Made by a program: the position numbers and the translations under genes
Assembly (NCBI GenBank): GCA_025057645.1
Contig: JANXBJ010000011.1
Span: 24,028-88,027 of the forward strand
Length of the DNA: 64,000 nucleotides
Source of the DNA: Anaerolineales bacterium
GTDB lineage: Bacteria; Chloroflexota; Anaerolineae; Anaerolineales; UBA4823
Direction of reading: 5' to 3'
The notes under the pieces: generated by a model
Databases searched by the model: none
What the model saw: the letters and a program-made list of their open reading frames with translations, nothing else
Told to the model about the DNA's origin: nothing
Shown: positions 46,264-55,691 of the stretch, in pieces
Layout: the number at the start of each line of letters is the position of its first letter
Numbering within the stretch: position 1 is the stretch's first letter

Positions 46264-48849
46264 ATGGCACAGCACGAAGAGATCACTCCGATTCGGAAAC
46301 AATATTTGGAGATCAAGAAACAATATCCTCACGCCATTCTTTTCTTCCGTCTGGGAGACTTTTATGAGACTTTCGATCAGGATGCAGAGATTACCTCGCG
46401 TGAATTGGATATTGTGTTGACTTCACGCAGTGTCGCCAAGGGGGTTCGTGTGCCCATGGCCGGCATCCCTTATCACGCAGTTGACAATTATCTGGCGCGG
46501 CTGATCGAAAAGGGCTATCATGTGGCGATTTGTGAACAGGTGGGAGATCAACCCAGTCGAGGGCTGTTTCAACGCCAAGTCGTGCGTGTGGTCACTCCAG
46601 GGACGGTTATCGAACCCAACTTATTGCCTGCGCGTTCGAACAATTACTTGGCGAGCGTGGTCGTTGAGCCGGAAAACCGCCGTGCTGGCATCGCTTTTGC
46701 GGATATTACTACCGGAGAATTTCAGGTGACCGAATTCCGGGGAGAAGAGGCTCTGGCTTCCTTACAGGCAGAGCTGACTCGTCTTCAGCCGGCCGAGACC
46801 CTTTATGCAGAAGACTTGAACTGGGAACTGGGTTTCCCTGGTCACCGAACTCCTTTGCCTAGTTGGCGATTTGAGTTAGGACGCTGCGAGCAGGAGCTCT
46901 TGCGCCATTTTGGGGTAGTCTCCCTAGAAGGCTATGGGCTAAAGGGGTATACCTGCGGAATTCAGGCGGCCGGAGCGATCCTTCAGTACTTACGAGAGAA
47001 CCAGCCGCAGGCGTTAGCCTTGTTGAATCACCTAAGCACCTATTCTTGTGAAGATTTTATGATCATCGACTCGGCAACGCGCAGAAATTTGGAGTTGACC
47101 GAAACAATCCGTAACTCGGGCGGACGAGGCACTCTGCTCAGTGTCCTTGATCAGACTTTGACCCCGATGGGAGCGAGATTGCTACGTCAATGGGTCCATC
47201 AGCCTCTGCTGGACGTGGAACGCATTCGGTGGCGCCAGAGGCGAGTGGGGATTTTTTATCAAGATGGGCTTCTTCGGGCATCCATCCGCAATGCTCTAAA
47301 ATCGATGGTGGACCTCGAACGTCTGGTGAACCGGGTGGTGGGAGGTGTTGCTCAACCCCGTGACTTGGCTGCTCTTCGGGCGAGCTTGCAGCAGGTGGAG
47401 AAGTTGGCAAGGATTCTTGCCGAACATTCTCATATTGAGGTGGCCATGGAGCATTCTTTTGACCCGTGCTCTGACGTCAAGTCTCTGCTAGAGCAGGCGT
47501 TAGTCGACTCGCCGCCGGCAACTTTGCAAAACACGGGTATTTTTCGAGAAGGTTATTCTGCGGAGTTGGATGAGGTCATCGAGAAATCCCGGTCGGCTCG
47601 GGACTGGATTGCTAACTTGGAGAGTTTGGAGCGCGAACGAACGGGCATCAAGTCGCTCAAAGTGGGATATAACAAGATCTTCGGTTATTACATTGAGGTG
47701 ACCCATGCCAATCGAGAGATGGTTCCGCAGCACTACATTCGAAAACAGACTCTGGTCAACGCAGAACGATACGTGACTCCCGAGTTGAAAGAGTATGAGA
47801 GTCTCGTTCTTACCGCCGAGGACCGCATCCGAGAAATTGAAGAGAAGTTGTTTCGTGAACTTTGTCGTCAAATTGGGCACGAGAAAAATCGCCTGTTGGA
47901 AACGGCTCGCTTTCTCGCTGAGTTGGATGTCGTCAGCAGTTTGGCAGAAGTAGCTATATCGAACCGATATGTCTGTCCTGAAGTGGTCGAAGAAGATGTG
48001 CTGGAAATTCGCGAGGGGCGTCACCCAGTGGTGGAGCGGACACTCAGCGGAGAAAGATTTGTGCCCAACGACACCGAATTCAAGAATGGCGAACGTATTC
48101 AAATTATCACTGGGCCGAATATGAGCGGGAAGTCCACTTATCTACGTCAGGTGGCATTGATCGTCCTCCTAGCCCAAATTGGCAGCTACGTGCCGGCCTC
48201 GGCGGCAAAAATTGGGATTGTGGATCGCATTTTCACCCGCATCGGCGCCCAGGATGAAATCTACGCCGGGCAATCCACTTTTATGGTGGAAATGCTCGAA
48301 GCGGCAAATATCTTGCATCACGCAACCCCTCGTAGCCTGCTCATCTTAGACGAAATCGGGCGTGGAACCAGCACTTACGATGGCGTTTCCATTGCTTGGG
48401 CGATTATTGAGTATATCCATAATCATCCTAGGCTGAGGGCGAAGACATTATTCGCCACTCACTATCATGAGTTAGTCCAATTAGCGGAGTGGTTACCCGG
48501 CGTAGGGAATCGCAACGTCGCTGTGAGCGAAGTGGATGGCAAGGTTGTCTTTTTACACAAAATCATTGAAGGGAGTTGCGATCGTTCTTATGGAATCCAT
48601 GTCGCTCAACTTGCAGGGTTACCCAAGCCGGTGGTACAGCGGGCGAATGAAATCCTCCGGCAACTTGAAAAGTCGGCAAGGAGGGCGGTGCGCAGAGAAC
48701 CTGCTTCCCCCCGACAGTTAGCCTTGTTCCCCGAGCAGAGCCCCTTGCTCGAAGAGCTGAAAGAGATCGACCCCGATTCGCTTACCCCTATAGAAGCGCT
48801 GAACAAAATCTACGAGTGGCGCAGTAAGTATCTTAAGGGAGAAAAATAA
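46264..48849 (+). CDS. mutS: DNA mismatch repair protein MutS
   Basis: 'TPIRKQYLEIK', 'FFRLGDFYETF', Walker A 'TGPNMSGKST', 'STFMVEM', 'DEIGRGTSTYDG'. Confidence 0.93.
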   Translation: MAQHEEITPIRKQYLEIKKQYPHAILFFRLGDFYETFDQDAEITSRELDIVLTSRSVAKGVRVPMAGIPYHAVDNYLARLIEKGYHVAICEQVGDQPSRGLFQRQVVRVVTPGTVIEPNLLPARSNNYLASVVVEPENRRAGIAFADITTGEFQVTEFRGEEALASLQAELTRLQPAETLYAEDLNWELGFPGHRTPLPSWRFELGRCEQELLRHFGVVSLEGYGLKGYTCGIQAAGAILQYLRENQPQALALLNHLSTYSCEDFMIIDSATRRNLELTETIRNSGGRGTLLSVLDQTLTPMGARLLRQWVHQPLLDVERIRWRQRRVGIFYQDGLLRASIRNALKSMVDLERLVNRVVGGVAQPRDLAALRASLQQVEKLARILAEHSHIEVAMEHSFDPCSDVKSLLEQALVDSPPATLQNTGIFREGYSAELDEVIEKSRSARDWIANLESLERERTGIKSLKVGYNKIFGYYIEVTHANREMVPQHYIRKQTLVNAERYVTPELKEYESLVLTAEDRIREIEEKLFRELCRQIGHEKNRLLETARFLAELDVVSSLAEVAISNRYVCPEVVEEDVLEIREGRHPVVERTLSGERFVPNDTEFKNGERIQIITGPNMSGKSTYLRQVALIVLLAQIGSYVPASAAKIGIVDRIFTRIGAQDEIYAGQSTFMVEMLEAANILHHATPRSLLILDEIGRGTSTYDGVSIAWAIIEYIHNHPRLRAKTLFATHYHELVQLAEWLPGVGNRNVAVSEVDGKVVFLHKIIEGSCDRSYGIHVAQLAGLPKPVVQRANEILRQLEKSARRAVRREPASPRQLALFPEQSPLLEELKEIDPDSLTPIEALNKIYEWRSKYLKGEK

Positions 48850-48962
48850 CAGGCGACACTCTGTTCCGGCAAGCGACTTGGCTCTTTGGAGCCTCGGTCA
48901 AAAAGGGAGGGATTAGGCATTCTCGTTGCGCCGGCGCATGAGGCTTTCGGGAAGTCGGTTTC

Positions 48963-49613
48963 CTAGCCCACAGAGGCCGCAATTAGCTTTCGGGTTAGCA
49001 TACTTCCCGCAATCGCACAAGCGTCGGTGGGAAGATAGGAGTCGATGCTGGCATCGAAAAGAATTTGGTAATTAGCAGGAAAGTCCTCATCGCCTTCCCA
49101 ATACACCAACAAAAGCGGAACCCGCGGGAGAACCCAAAACAAATAAGCTTGATTAGCGAAGGGGTAGGGGCTTCCTCCGCAAGCCCGAACGGCCTCCTCC
49201 ATCCTGTTAAGCTGGTTGGAAAAATGACGGCCGAGGAGACGGCCAGTGTAGCCTTGGAACGCCTGATTATAGAAGCGTCCATCAGGTAATTCCGCAAAGG
49301 AGATCCACTTTTCAACCAAAGGTCTGGGGCGAGCGGTGAGAAAGTAATATAGGATCAAGGCTTGATGCGCTATTCCCAGTTCGTTTTGATCGGGGACAGA
49401 CGTTGCAAGAAAAGCGGGATAGCTCAAGGCGGTCTCTTTCTGCCAGTAAGAGAAGCAAAATTGTCCTCTGCCTTCAGCGAGCGGTTGGTAGACTGTCGCA
49501 GTATTTACGGCGAGTTCCAGTGGATTGCGCTGAGCAAGCTCATTGCGCAGTTCCCGAACACGGTCGAGTAAGTGACTGGGTCTACCTAGGGATAGGACGT
49601 GGTCTTTTTTCAT
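48963..49613 (-). CDS. Hypothetical protein, DUF3786-like
   Basis: 216 aa. 'ALILYYFL...WISFAELPDGRFYNQAF' resembles DUF3786 as I recall it. ATGA-coupled to the upstream hydrolase gene. Confidence 0.5.
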   Translation of the reverse strand: MKKDHVLSLGRPSHLLDRVRELRNELAQRNPLELAVNTATVYQPLAEGRGQFCFSYWQKETALSYPAFLATSVPDQNELGIAHQALILYYFLTARPRPLVEKWISFAELPDGRFYNQAFQGYTGRLLGRHFSNQLNRMEEAVRACGGSPYPFANQAYLFWVLPRVPLLLVYWEGDEDFPANYQILFDASIDSYLPTDACAIAGSMLTRKLIAASVG

Positions 49614-50404
49614 AAGGTTTGGATAAATTCACGAATGGCCTGATTGAACTGCTCACTGGCCTCCAAATTGGGCAAATGCCCGGCTCGGTCTAGAAGCACT
49701 AGCCGACAATTAGGGATGGACTCTTGCATGGCCTTAGCTTCCTCCACGGGGATTAGAGGGTCCTCTTTTCCGTGAAGAATTAGAGTCGGGACAGTAATTT
49801 GCTTAAGGAACGGACGCGAATCGGCTCTTTCCATCATACCCTGAAGATCGCCCAGGATAGCTTGAAGTGAGGTGCGTTGCATAATCTTGCGGACAGTTTG
49901 GACGAGATCGGGGCGGTTTTGCAACGTGGTGGGAGAAAGAACCCTAGGCAGCATAGCTTCGATAATCGGCTCAAGGCCCTGTTCCTTGGCTAGGGCGAGG
50001 CTACGTTGGCGGTTGAGTTTGTGCTCTTCCGTGTCAGGGGCGGCGCGAGTGGCAGTTAGAATCAAACCCGCAAGGCGCTCAGGGTAGTTTCTGGCAAATG
50101 CGAAACTAATATAGCCCCCCATCGATAATCCACAGAGCACAATCTTCTCTCGGATACGCAGATGATCCAGCAGCTTAGCGCAGTCCTCTGCCAGTAGGTC
50201 CATGGTGTAGATACCCTCCGTTGGAGTCGAATCACCATGGCCGCGCAAGTCTGGAGCAATTACACGAGCATCCTTGCCAAGCTCATCGAGCTGAGGCTGC
50301 CACATATGTCGGTTAAGTGGGTATCCATGGATCAGCAGTAAGGGGATGCCTGATCCTACCTCCTCATATGCCATCTTAAAGGACTCAAACTCGGCAAACT
50401 TCAT
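49610..50404 (-). CDS. Alpha/beta-fold hydrolase
   Basis: 'LLLIHGYPLN', nucleophile elbow 'GLSMGG', C-terminal 'AGHLPNLE'. ATGA overlap with the valS stop. Confidence 0.8.
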   Translation of the reverse strand: MKFAEFESFKMAYEEVGSGIPLLLIHGYPLNRHMWQPQLDELGKDARVIAPDLRGHGDSTPTEGIYTMDLLAEDCAKLLDHLRIREKIVLCGLSMGGYISFAFARNYPERLAGLILTATRAAPDTEEHKLNRQRSLALAKEQGLEPIIEAMLPRVLSPTTLQNRPDLVQTVRKIMQRTSLQAILGDLQGMMERADSRPFLKQITVPTLILHGKEDPLIPVEEAKAMQESIPNCRLVLLDRAGHLPNLEASEQFNQAIREFIQTL

Positions 50405-53121
50405 ACTTCTACTCCTAACTCGCGCAGTTGCTTTTTCAGTTTATCCGCTGCGACTTCAAGATCGGCCAATTTCTGCCTCTCTTTTTCTACAATGGAGGCC
50501 GGTGCTTTCTGTGAGAAGGGACTCTCTAGCAGTTGCCGCAACCGCTCGATATGCTGGTTGACCTCGCTCAACTCGGCTTGCAGGCGCTGGCACTCCTTTT
50601 CGGGGTCGATGAGAGCTTCGAGGTCGAGATAGATTTCTACTTCCTTTACTACCAGAGGGAGTTTGCCATGCGGTTTCGCAGCAAGTGAATCCGTCACCGC
50701 TAGGCGAGCTAAGTCAAGGCGAGCTAGCTTGGCGATCACTTCTAATTGTTCCCTGAGTAAAGGTAAGTAGGCCGACGAGACGAAGGTTGCCCCAATAGGT
50801 TGAGCTATCGGAACATTGTTCTCGGAACGGGCATTGCGGATTCCACGCACGATCTCCTGCACCAGATTAAACTGGGCAATTTTCTCATCCTCCCAACCTT
50901 CTGGGTTACGCAGCTCGGGCCACTTTGCAACGATTAGGGCTTCTTCCCAGCCCTGTTTTGGGGAAAGTAGTGGGGAGCATTTCTGAGCGGCCTCTTTCAG
51001 ATAGCCCCAAGTCGCCTCGGTGACAAAGGGGGTAAAAGGATGTAACATGCGCAGACATTGATCGAAGACCCATACGAGGGTTTGGGCGGTGTAAAAGGCC
51101 CGATCCCCGCCTTTTTGGAGCTGGATTTTGGCGATCTCGACATACCAATCGGCAAACTCGCTCCAGAGGAAGTCGTAGATCAATCGGCCGGCTTCCCCGA
51201 ACTGGTAACTTTGAAAGAGCCGTTCTACATCGCGAATTACACCTTGCAACCTGGCCCAAATCCAAGAGTCGGCCAAAGTCCATTGAGGAGGGGCTAGAGG
51301 AGCGCTGGGCACTTGAGCGAGAGATTGAATAATAAAACGGCCAATGTTCCATACTTTGTTGGCAAAGTTGCGATTTGCCTCCACCTTCTTTATGCTCAAG
51401 TTGGTGTCATTTCCGGGCGTAGAGCCGACCAATAAGGTAAAGCGTAAAGCATCGGTGCCGTATTCATCCATCACTGTGAGCGGGTCGATGATGTTGCCCA
51501 GAGTTTTGCTCATCTTTCTCCCGTGCTCATCGCGGATCAGGCCATGTAGGTAGACTGTATGGAAGGGGATTTGGCCCGTGAATTCGAGGGCGGTCATGAT
51601 CATCCGCGCAACCCAGAAGAAAAGAATGTCATAGCCGGTTTCCATCACACTGGTAGGATAGAAGTAACGATAATCTGGGGTCTCATCGGGCCATCCTAGG
51701 GTGGAGAAGGGCCATAGGGCGGAGGAAAACCATGTGTCCAGGACGTCTGGGTCTTGTTCGATATTAGGGCTGTGGCAATGTTGACAATGGGTTGGATCGG
51801 TCCGTGAGACGGTTAGCTCGCCGCAGTCGGCGCAGTACCAAACCGGAATCCGATGTCCCCACCACAGTTGACGGGAAATACACCAGTCTTCAATATTCTC
51901 CAGCCAATTGATGTAGATTTTAGTGAATCGCTCGGGGATAATACGAATGCGTCCCTCTTGAACGACTTTGAGGGCAGCTTCGGCTAGGGGTTGGATTTTG
52001 ACAAACCATTGGGTGGAAATCATCGGTTCAATGATCTCGTTACCACGCTGAGAGCGAGGAATGCTCATTAAGTAGGGTTCTTCCTTGATAGCCAGCCCCA
52101 AAGCCTGCATGTCTCTCCAGATGTTTTTACGCGCCTCAAACCGATCCTGACCAGCGTATGGGCCACCGTGTTCATTGATCCTCGCCGCCTCGTCCAGTAC
52201 AGAGATGATTTCTAGCCCGTGACGCAGTCCGATTTCGTAGTCGTTCGGATCGTGACCTGGGGTGATTTTGAGGGCTCCGGTTCCAAATTCTCGGTCAACA
52301 TAGGTATCGCCGATCACCGGAATCTGGCGGCCGAGGATTGGCACGATAGCCTTCCGGCCGATAAAGTGACGGTATCGCTCGTCCTCTGGATGGACGGCTA
52401 CAGCTGTGTCTCCTAGGATGGTTTCGGGGCGGGTAGTGGCAACCGGGATATATTCTTCAGCAGAAGAACTGCCCTCAGGGACAAGCATGTATTTGAAATA
52501 GTAGAGTGTGCCCATTTCCTGCGAGTACTCGACCTCCAGGTCCGACACCGCAGTTTTTAGGCCGGGAGACCAGTTGATCAAGCGTAGGCCACGATAAATC
52601 AAACCTTTCTCGTAGAGGCGAACAAAGGCTTCTCGCACAGCGCGCGATAAGCCCTCATCTAGGGTAAAACGTGTGCGCGTCCAGTCACAGGAAGCACCTA
52701 GACGGCGAATTTGGTGGTAGATAATGTTGCCGTATTTCTCCTTCCATGCCCAGGTGCGCCGTAGAAACTCTTCACGTCCGATCTGCTCGCGGGTTAGCCC
52801 CTCTGCGGCAAGCGCCTTTTCGACCTGGAGCTGGGTGGCAATCCCCGCATGATCACTCCCCGGAATCCATAAGGTTGGTTCACCCTTCATACGGTGGTAG
52901 CGGATCATAAGGTCTTCCATGGAGACGAACATAGCGTGACCTAGATGGAGCTCGCCGGTGACGTTGGGAGGAGGGATAGCAATGACGAAGGGTTTGACAC
53001 TGGGGTCAAAGTTCGGCTTATTCGGATCGTTCCAGGGTTGGAAATAGCCCCTCTCCTCCCAGAATTGGTAAATGCGTTCTTCGGTGGACTTAAACTGATA
53101 TGACTTTGGAATTTCAATCAT
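50401..53121 (-). CDS. valS: Valine--tRNA ligase
   Basis: 'PPPNVTGELHLGHA' (HIGH), 'KMSKTLGN' (KMSKS), and a C-terminal coiled coil. The ATG at 53121 has GGAGG upstream, and a Val T-box lies upstream. Confidence 0.93.
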   Translation of the reverse strand: MIEIPKSYQFKSTEERIYQFWEERGYFQPWNDPNKPNFDPSVKPFVIAIPPPNVTGELHLGHAMFVSMEDLMIRYHRMKGEPTLWIPGSDHAGIATQLQVEKALAAEGLTREQIGREEFLRRTWAWKEKYGNIIYHQIRRLGASCDWTRTRFTLDEGLSRAVREAFVRLYEKGLIYRGLRLINWSPGLKTAVSDLEVEYSQEMGTLYYFKYMLVPEGSSSAEEYIPVATTRPETILGDTAVAVHPEDERYRHFIGRKAIVPILGRQIPVIGDTYVDREFGTGALKITPGHDPNDYEIGLRHGLEIISVLDEAARINEHGGPYAGQDRFEARKNIWRDMQALGLAIKEEPYLMSIPRSQRGNEIIEPMISTQWFVKIQPLAEAALKVVQEGRIRIIPERFTKIYINWLENIEDWCISRQLWWGHRIPVWYCADCGELTVSRTDPTHCQHCHSPNIEQDPDVLDTWFSSALWPFSTLGWPDETPDYRYFYPTSVMETGYDILFFWVARMIMTALEFTGQIPFHTVYLHGLIRDEHGRKMSKTLGNIIDPLTVMDEYGTDALRFTLLVGSTPGNDTNLSIKKVEANRNFANKVWNIGRFIIQSLAQVPSAPLAPPQWTLADSWIWARLQGVIRDVERLFQSYQFGEAGRLIYDFLWSEFADWYVEIAKIQLQKGGDRAFYTAQTLVWVFDQCLRMLHPFTPFVTEATWGYLKEAAQKCSPLLSPKQGWEEALIVAKWPELRNPEGWEDEKIAQFNLVQEIVRGIRNARSENNVPIAQPIGATFVSSAYLPLLREQLEVIAKLARLDLARLAVTDSLAAKPHGKLPLVVKEVEIYLDLEALIDPEKECQRLQAELSEVNQHIERLRQLLESPFSQKAPASIVEKERQKLADLEVAADKLKKQLRELGVEV

Positions 53122-53413
53122 AACCGGGCAACCTCCGTAATAAAGAAAACCTTTCGCCCTTGAGGACGAAAGGGAAAACTTCCGCGGTACCACCTCAGTT
53201 CACCATAAATGGTGCACTCATTCCGAATGGCTATGCACACTCGGCTCAAGTGATAACGGACTGCTCCGTGCTGGTCTACTCTTGGCAAAACAGGCCAATT
53301 TCTTCAGCAAGGCGTTGGGCGACCTTCAGCGCTTTACAACCTCGGCGGTTCTCAGCCTATGACCTCTCCTTCTCTGTAGGCCGAAAGACGCTTACTCTTC
53401 CCAACGGACTTTG
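53122..53413 (-). promoter_or_regulatory. T-box riboswitch leader, Val specifier (GUC), with terminator/antiterminator
   Basis: Minus-strand reading: stem I 'GGGAAGAGTAAG'; specifier 'GAGAGGTCAT' with GTC at 53361-53363; T-box 'GAGGTGGTACCGCG' (core at 53183-53194). This is followed by a 10-bp terminator stem (53150-53173, one G-U pair) and TTTTCTTTATT. Confidence 0.85.
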
Positions 53414-53419
53414 CGGTTG

Positions 53420-53448
53420 ATTATAACGGCGAGCGATAATTTGGTCAA
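53420..53448 (-). promoter_or_regulatory. Promoter of the valS T-box leader
   Basis: Minus strand: TTGACC (53448-53443), a 17-nt spacer, TATAAT (53425-53420). Confidence 0.6.
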
Positions 53449-53485
53449 TGTTTTTTAGGAAAGATGAGTTTTTGATTAAAGTTTC

Positions 53486-53515
53486 TTGACTTTAGAGTTG
53501 GATTTGTGCTATGCT
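53486..53515 (+). promoter_or_regulatory. Candidate divergent promoter for the MBL-fold gene
   Basis: TTGACT (53486-53491), an 18-nt spacer, TGcTATGCT with the -10 at 53510-53515. Confidence 0.45.
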
Positions 53516-53544
53516 ATTTCCATTCTAGCATTGGGAGCGGGTGA

Positions 53545-54441
53545 GTGGTTCAAAGAGAGCGCATTGCTGAAAATGTTTATTCCTTTCAAAGTGAACTTTA
53601 TGCTCAAGTAACCTGTGGCGCCGTAGTCGGCCCGAATTGGGCCGTAGTCATTGACACCTTGGCTGTTCCCGAGGAGACCCTTCAAGTGCGGGACTTTATC
53701 GAGCAGGAGTTGAATGTACCAGTTCGTTATGTGATCAACACCCATTACCATGCAGATCACGCATGGGGGAATTGTTTTTTCTACGGTGCAACCATCATCG
53801 CCCACAAGCTCTGCCGGCAGTATTTGGAGACGAGAGGAATCCCAGCGCTGAAGATTGCTCAAGAACGACATGCGGTCTACCAGTCGATCCGAATCGTGCT
53901 CCCCCACCTCACTTTTGAGCGGGGAAGAATGAACCTCCGAGTAGGTAAGAAGACGCTGACCATCTTTGGATTGCCGGGTCACAGCAAGGACAACCTGGGT
54001 GTGCTGGTTGAAGAGGATAAAGTGCTGTTCGCCAGCGATGCTGGAATGGCGTTGCCCTATATCGTGGACGGTGATTTTGAGGAGATGGTGCAAAGCCTGA
54101 AGCTGATGTCTAAAATGGGGCTGGAAAATATTATTCAGGGACATGGAGATATTGTTCTGCGGGGTGAAATCGATAGCTTTATCAAGGAGAATTTGGCTTA
54201 CCTTGCCGCGATCAAAAAGGTGGTGCGCAGAGCGGCGTTGCGCAAGTATCCCATGGACCTCCTCGAAAAGGTGAGTGTTGAGGAGTGTGGTAAGAGCCGT
54301 GTATTGATCGGCGGCTTAGCCGAAGAACTTCACCGCAAGAATCTAATCGCACTATATAAACAGCTTTACGGCAAGTTGCCCGAGCGCTCTCCGCAAGACG
54401 AAGATTACGAAGAGGAAGAAACCGAGGAAGAGGAGGAATGA
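53545..54441 (+). CDS. MBL-fold metallo-hydrolase with an acidic C-terminal tail
   Basis: 'NTHYHADHAWGN' (HxHxDH) and 'LPGHS'. GTG start. The tail is 'QDEDYEEEETEEEEE'. Confidence 0.75.
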   Translation: MVQRERIAENVYSFQSELYAQVTCGAVVGPNWAVVIDTLAVPEETLQVRDFIEQELNVPVRYVINTHYHADHAWGNCFFYGATIIAHKLCRQYLETRGIPALKIAQERHAVYQSIRIVLPHLTFERGRMNLRVGKKTLTIFGLPGHSKDNLGVLVEEDKVLFASDAGMALPYIVDGDFEEMVQSLKLMSKMGLENIIQGHGDIVLRGEIDSFIKENLAYLAAIKKVVRRAALRKYPMDLLEKVSVEECGKSRVLIGGLAEELHRKNLIALYKQLYGKLPERSPQDEDYEEEETEEEEE

Positions 54442-55109
54442 CTTGAGGAAGTGGGCGTTTGCCTCAGCTGCTTAGCGCGCCGACCGACAAGGCGTTCGTT
54501 GCCGCTTAGAAGGCGGTGAATGTTAGGTCTGAGTGCCCAAATGAGGAGCATCTCGCCGAGGATTCCATAGGCGATGTATTGCCAAGGTGCATCGAACCAA
54601 AGAGTGCGCACGGTGAACACAATTGTGGTGATCAGCGCCGTGCTCATGGTGGTTACGGAGGCATATCCAACAAAATATAGAATTAAGGCTCCGATGGGGA
54701 CGAGGATGGCCAGACTAGGAGGCCAAATCCCAAAGGCACCTCCCACAAACGGAGCCCCTCCGGCTCCGCCCCGAAGTCTGAACGTGCCTTCAGTGGATCT
54801 CTCCATCAGAAATACAGAATAGTTGTGACCGATGACCGCCACAAGCGGGGCGAAAACCTCCATCCAGATCAAGTTGGGAGTCAGCGCTCTGGCAATCCAA
54901 ACCGTCAAGGCAGCTTTTAGACCGTCAAAGAATGCGGTGAGGAAACCGATCCAAAAGCCGGCTGCTCGCCCTGCGTTGGTTCCCCCTGTGCGACCACTCT
55001 CGATCTGGCGCAGGTCCTTGCCCGTGCTCAGCTTGACCAGAATCAACCCGAACGGGATTGAACCGAGTATGTAAGAGGTTACCAGTATCAGTAGAATTCT
55101 TATGGCCAT
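54405..55109 (-). CDS. plsY: Glycerol-3-phosphate acyltransferase PlsY, with a Ser-rich C-terminal extension
   Basis: 'YILGSIPFGLILVK', 'ESGRTGGTNAGRA', 'GHNYSVF', 'GGAGGA'. The tail is 'TSSSHSSSSSVSSSS'. Confidence 0.88.
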   Translation of the reverse strand: MAIRILLILVTSYILGSIPFGLILVKLSTGKDLRQIESGRTGGTNAGRAAGFWIGFLTAFFDGLKAALTVWIARALTPNLIWMEVFAPLVAVIGHNYSVFLMERSTEGTFRLRGGAGGAPFVGGAFGIWPPSLAILVPIGALILYFVGYASVTTMSTALITTIVFTVRTLWFDAPWQYIAYGILGEMLLIWALRPNIHRLLSGNERLVGRRAKQLRQTPTSSSHSSSSSVSSSS

Positions 55110-55256
55110 AAAATCTCCAAAGGAAGGATTGGGTTTTGACTCTTAATTTCCTAGGAAGGCTAAGGTTGAGCTAGACAAAGAGGCTACGAGAGGAATCCCT
55201 TCGTTTGGACCGCTTTTTAGCACTATGTTTGGTCTCATGGAGAATAACGCCTAAGG

Positions 55257-55691
55257 CTATAGAATATTTTCCCCTGAAAGAGTTGACTTTGTGACTTGGA
55301 TAGCGACAGGATAGTAGCTATCCTGTTGGATGCGATAGGCACGATAGTTCCATGTCTCACCGTCTCGATAAAAAATGAAATAGACAGCTTCTGGGTAGTA
55401 GGCTTCCCGGAGGTCAGTCTGAGAGGGAGAGTCTAAGCCATTGGGATGGGAGTGCACAATTCCAAGGAGGTCTTGTCCGTTTTGTTCAAAAAGAAGCAAA
55501 GCCTGAAGTTGTTGTTCTGGATCCATCCGATACCGAGTAGTGCTCCTGAGCACGTTGGCAATAGGAATCCAAACCTGAAAGGTTTGGTCTTTTCCCGCCA
55601 ATAGACCGCAGGCTTCCTCGGGGTGGCAAGCTTGAAGATGCTCGACAATTTGAGCGATCAATTTTTCTGGGACAAAGTACGTTTCTATCAT
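55257..55691 (-). CDS. JAMM/MPN+ (Mov34) family metalloprotease
   Basis: 'EEACGLLAG' and 'HSHPNGLDSPSQTD' (E...HxHx7Sx2D). The ATG at 55691 overlaps the upstream gene's stop (ATGA). Confidence 0.8.
   Translation of the reverse strand: MIETYFVPEKLIAQIVEHLQACHPEEACGLLAGKDQTFQVWIPIANVLRSTTRYRMDPEQQLQALLLFEQNGQDLLGIVHSHPNGLDSPSQTDLREAYYPEAVYFIFYRDGETWNYRAYRIQQDSYYPVAIQVTKSTLSGENIL

Noticed and set aside
47500-48102. 200-aa minus-strand ORF inside mutS
   Set aside because: It is antisense to canonical MutS sequence and is a shadow ORF.
53509-54144. 211-aa minus-strand ORF opposite the MBL-fold gene
   Set aside because: The plus-strand frame carries the HxHxDH metallo-beta-lactamase motif. The minus-strand product has no recognisable features.
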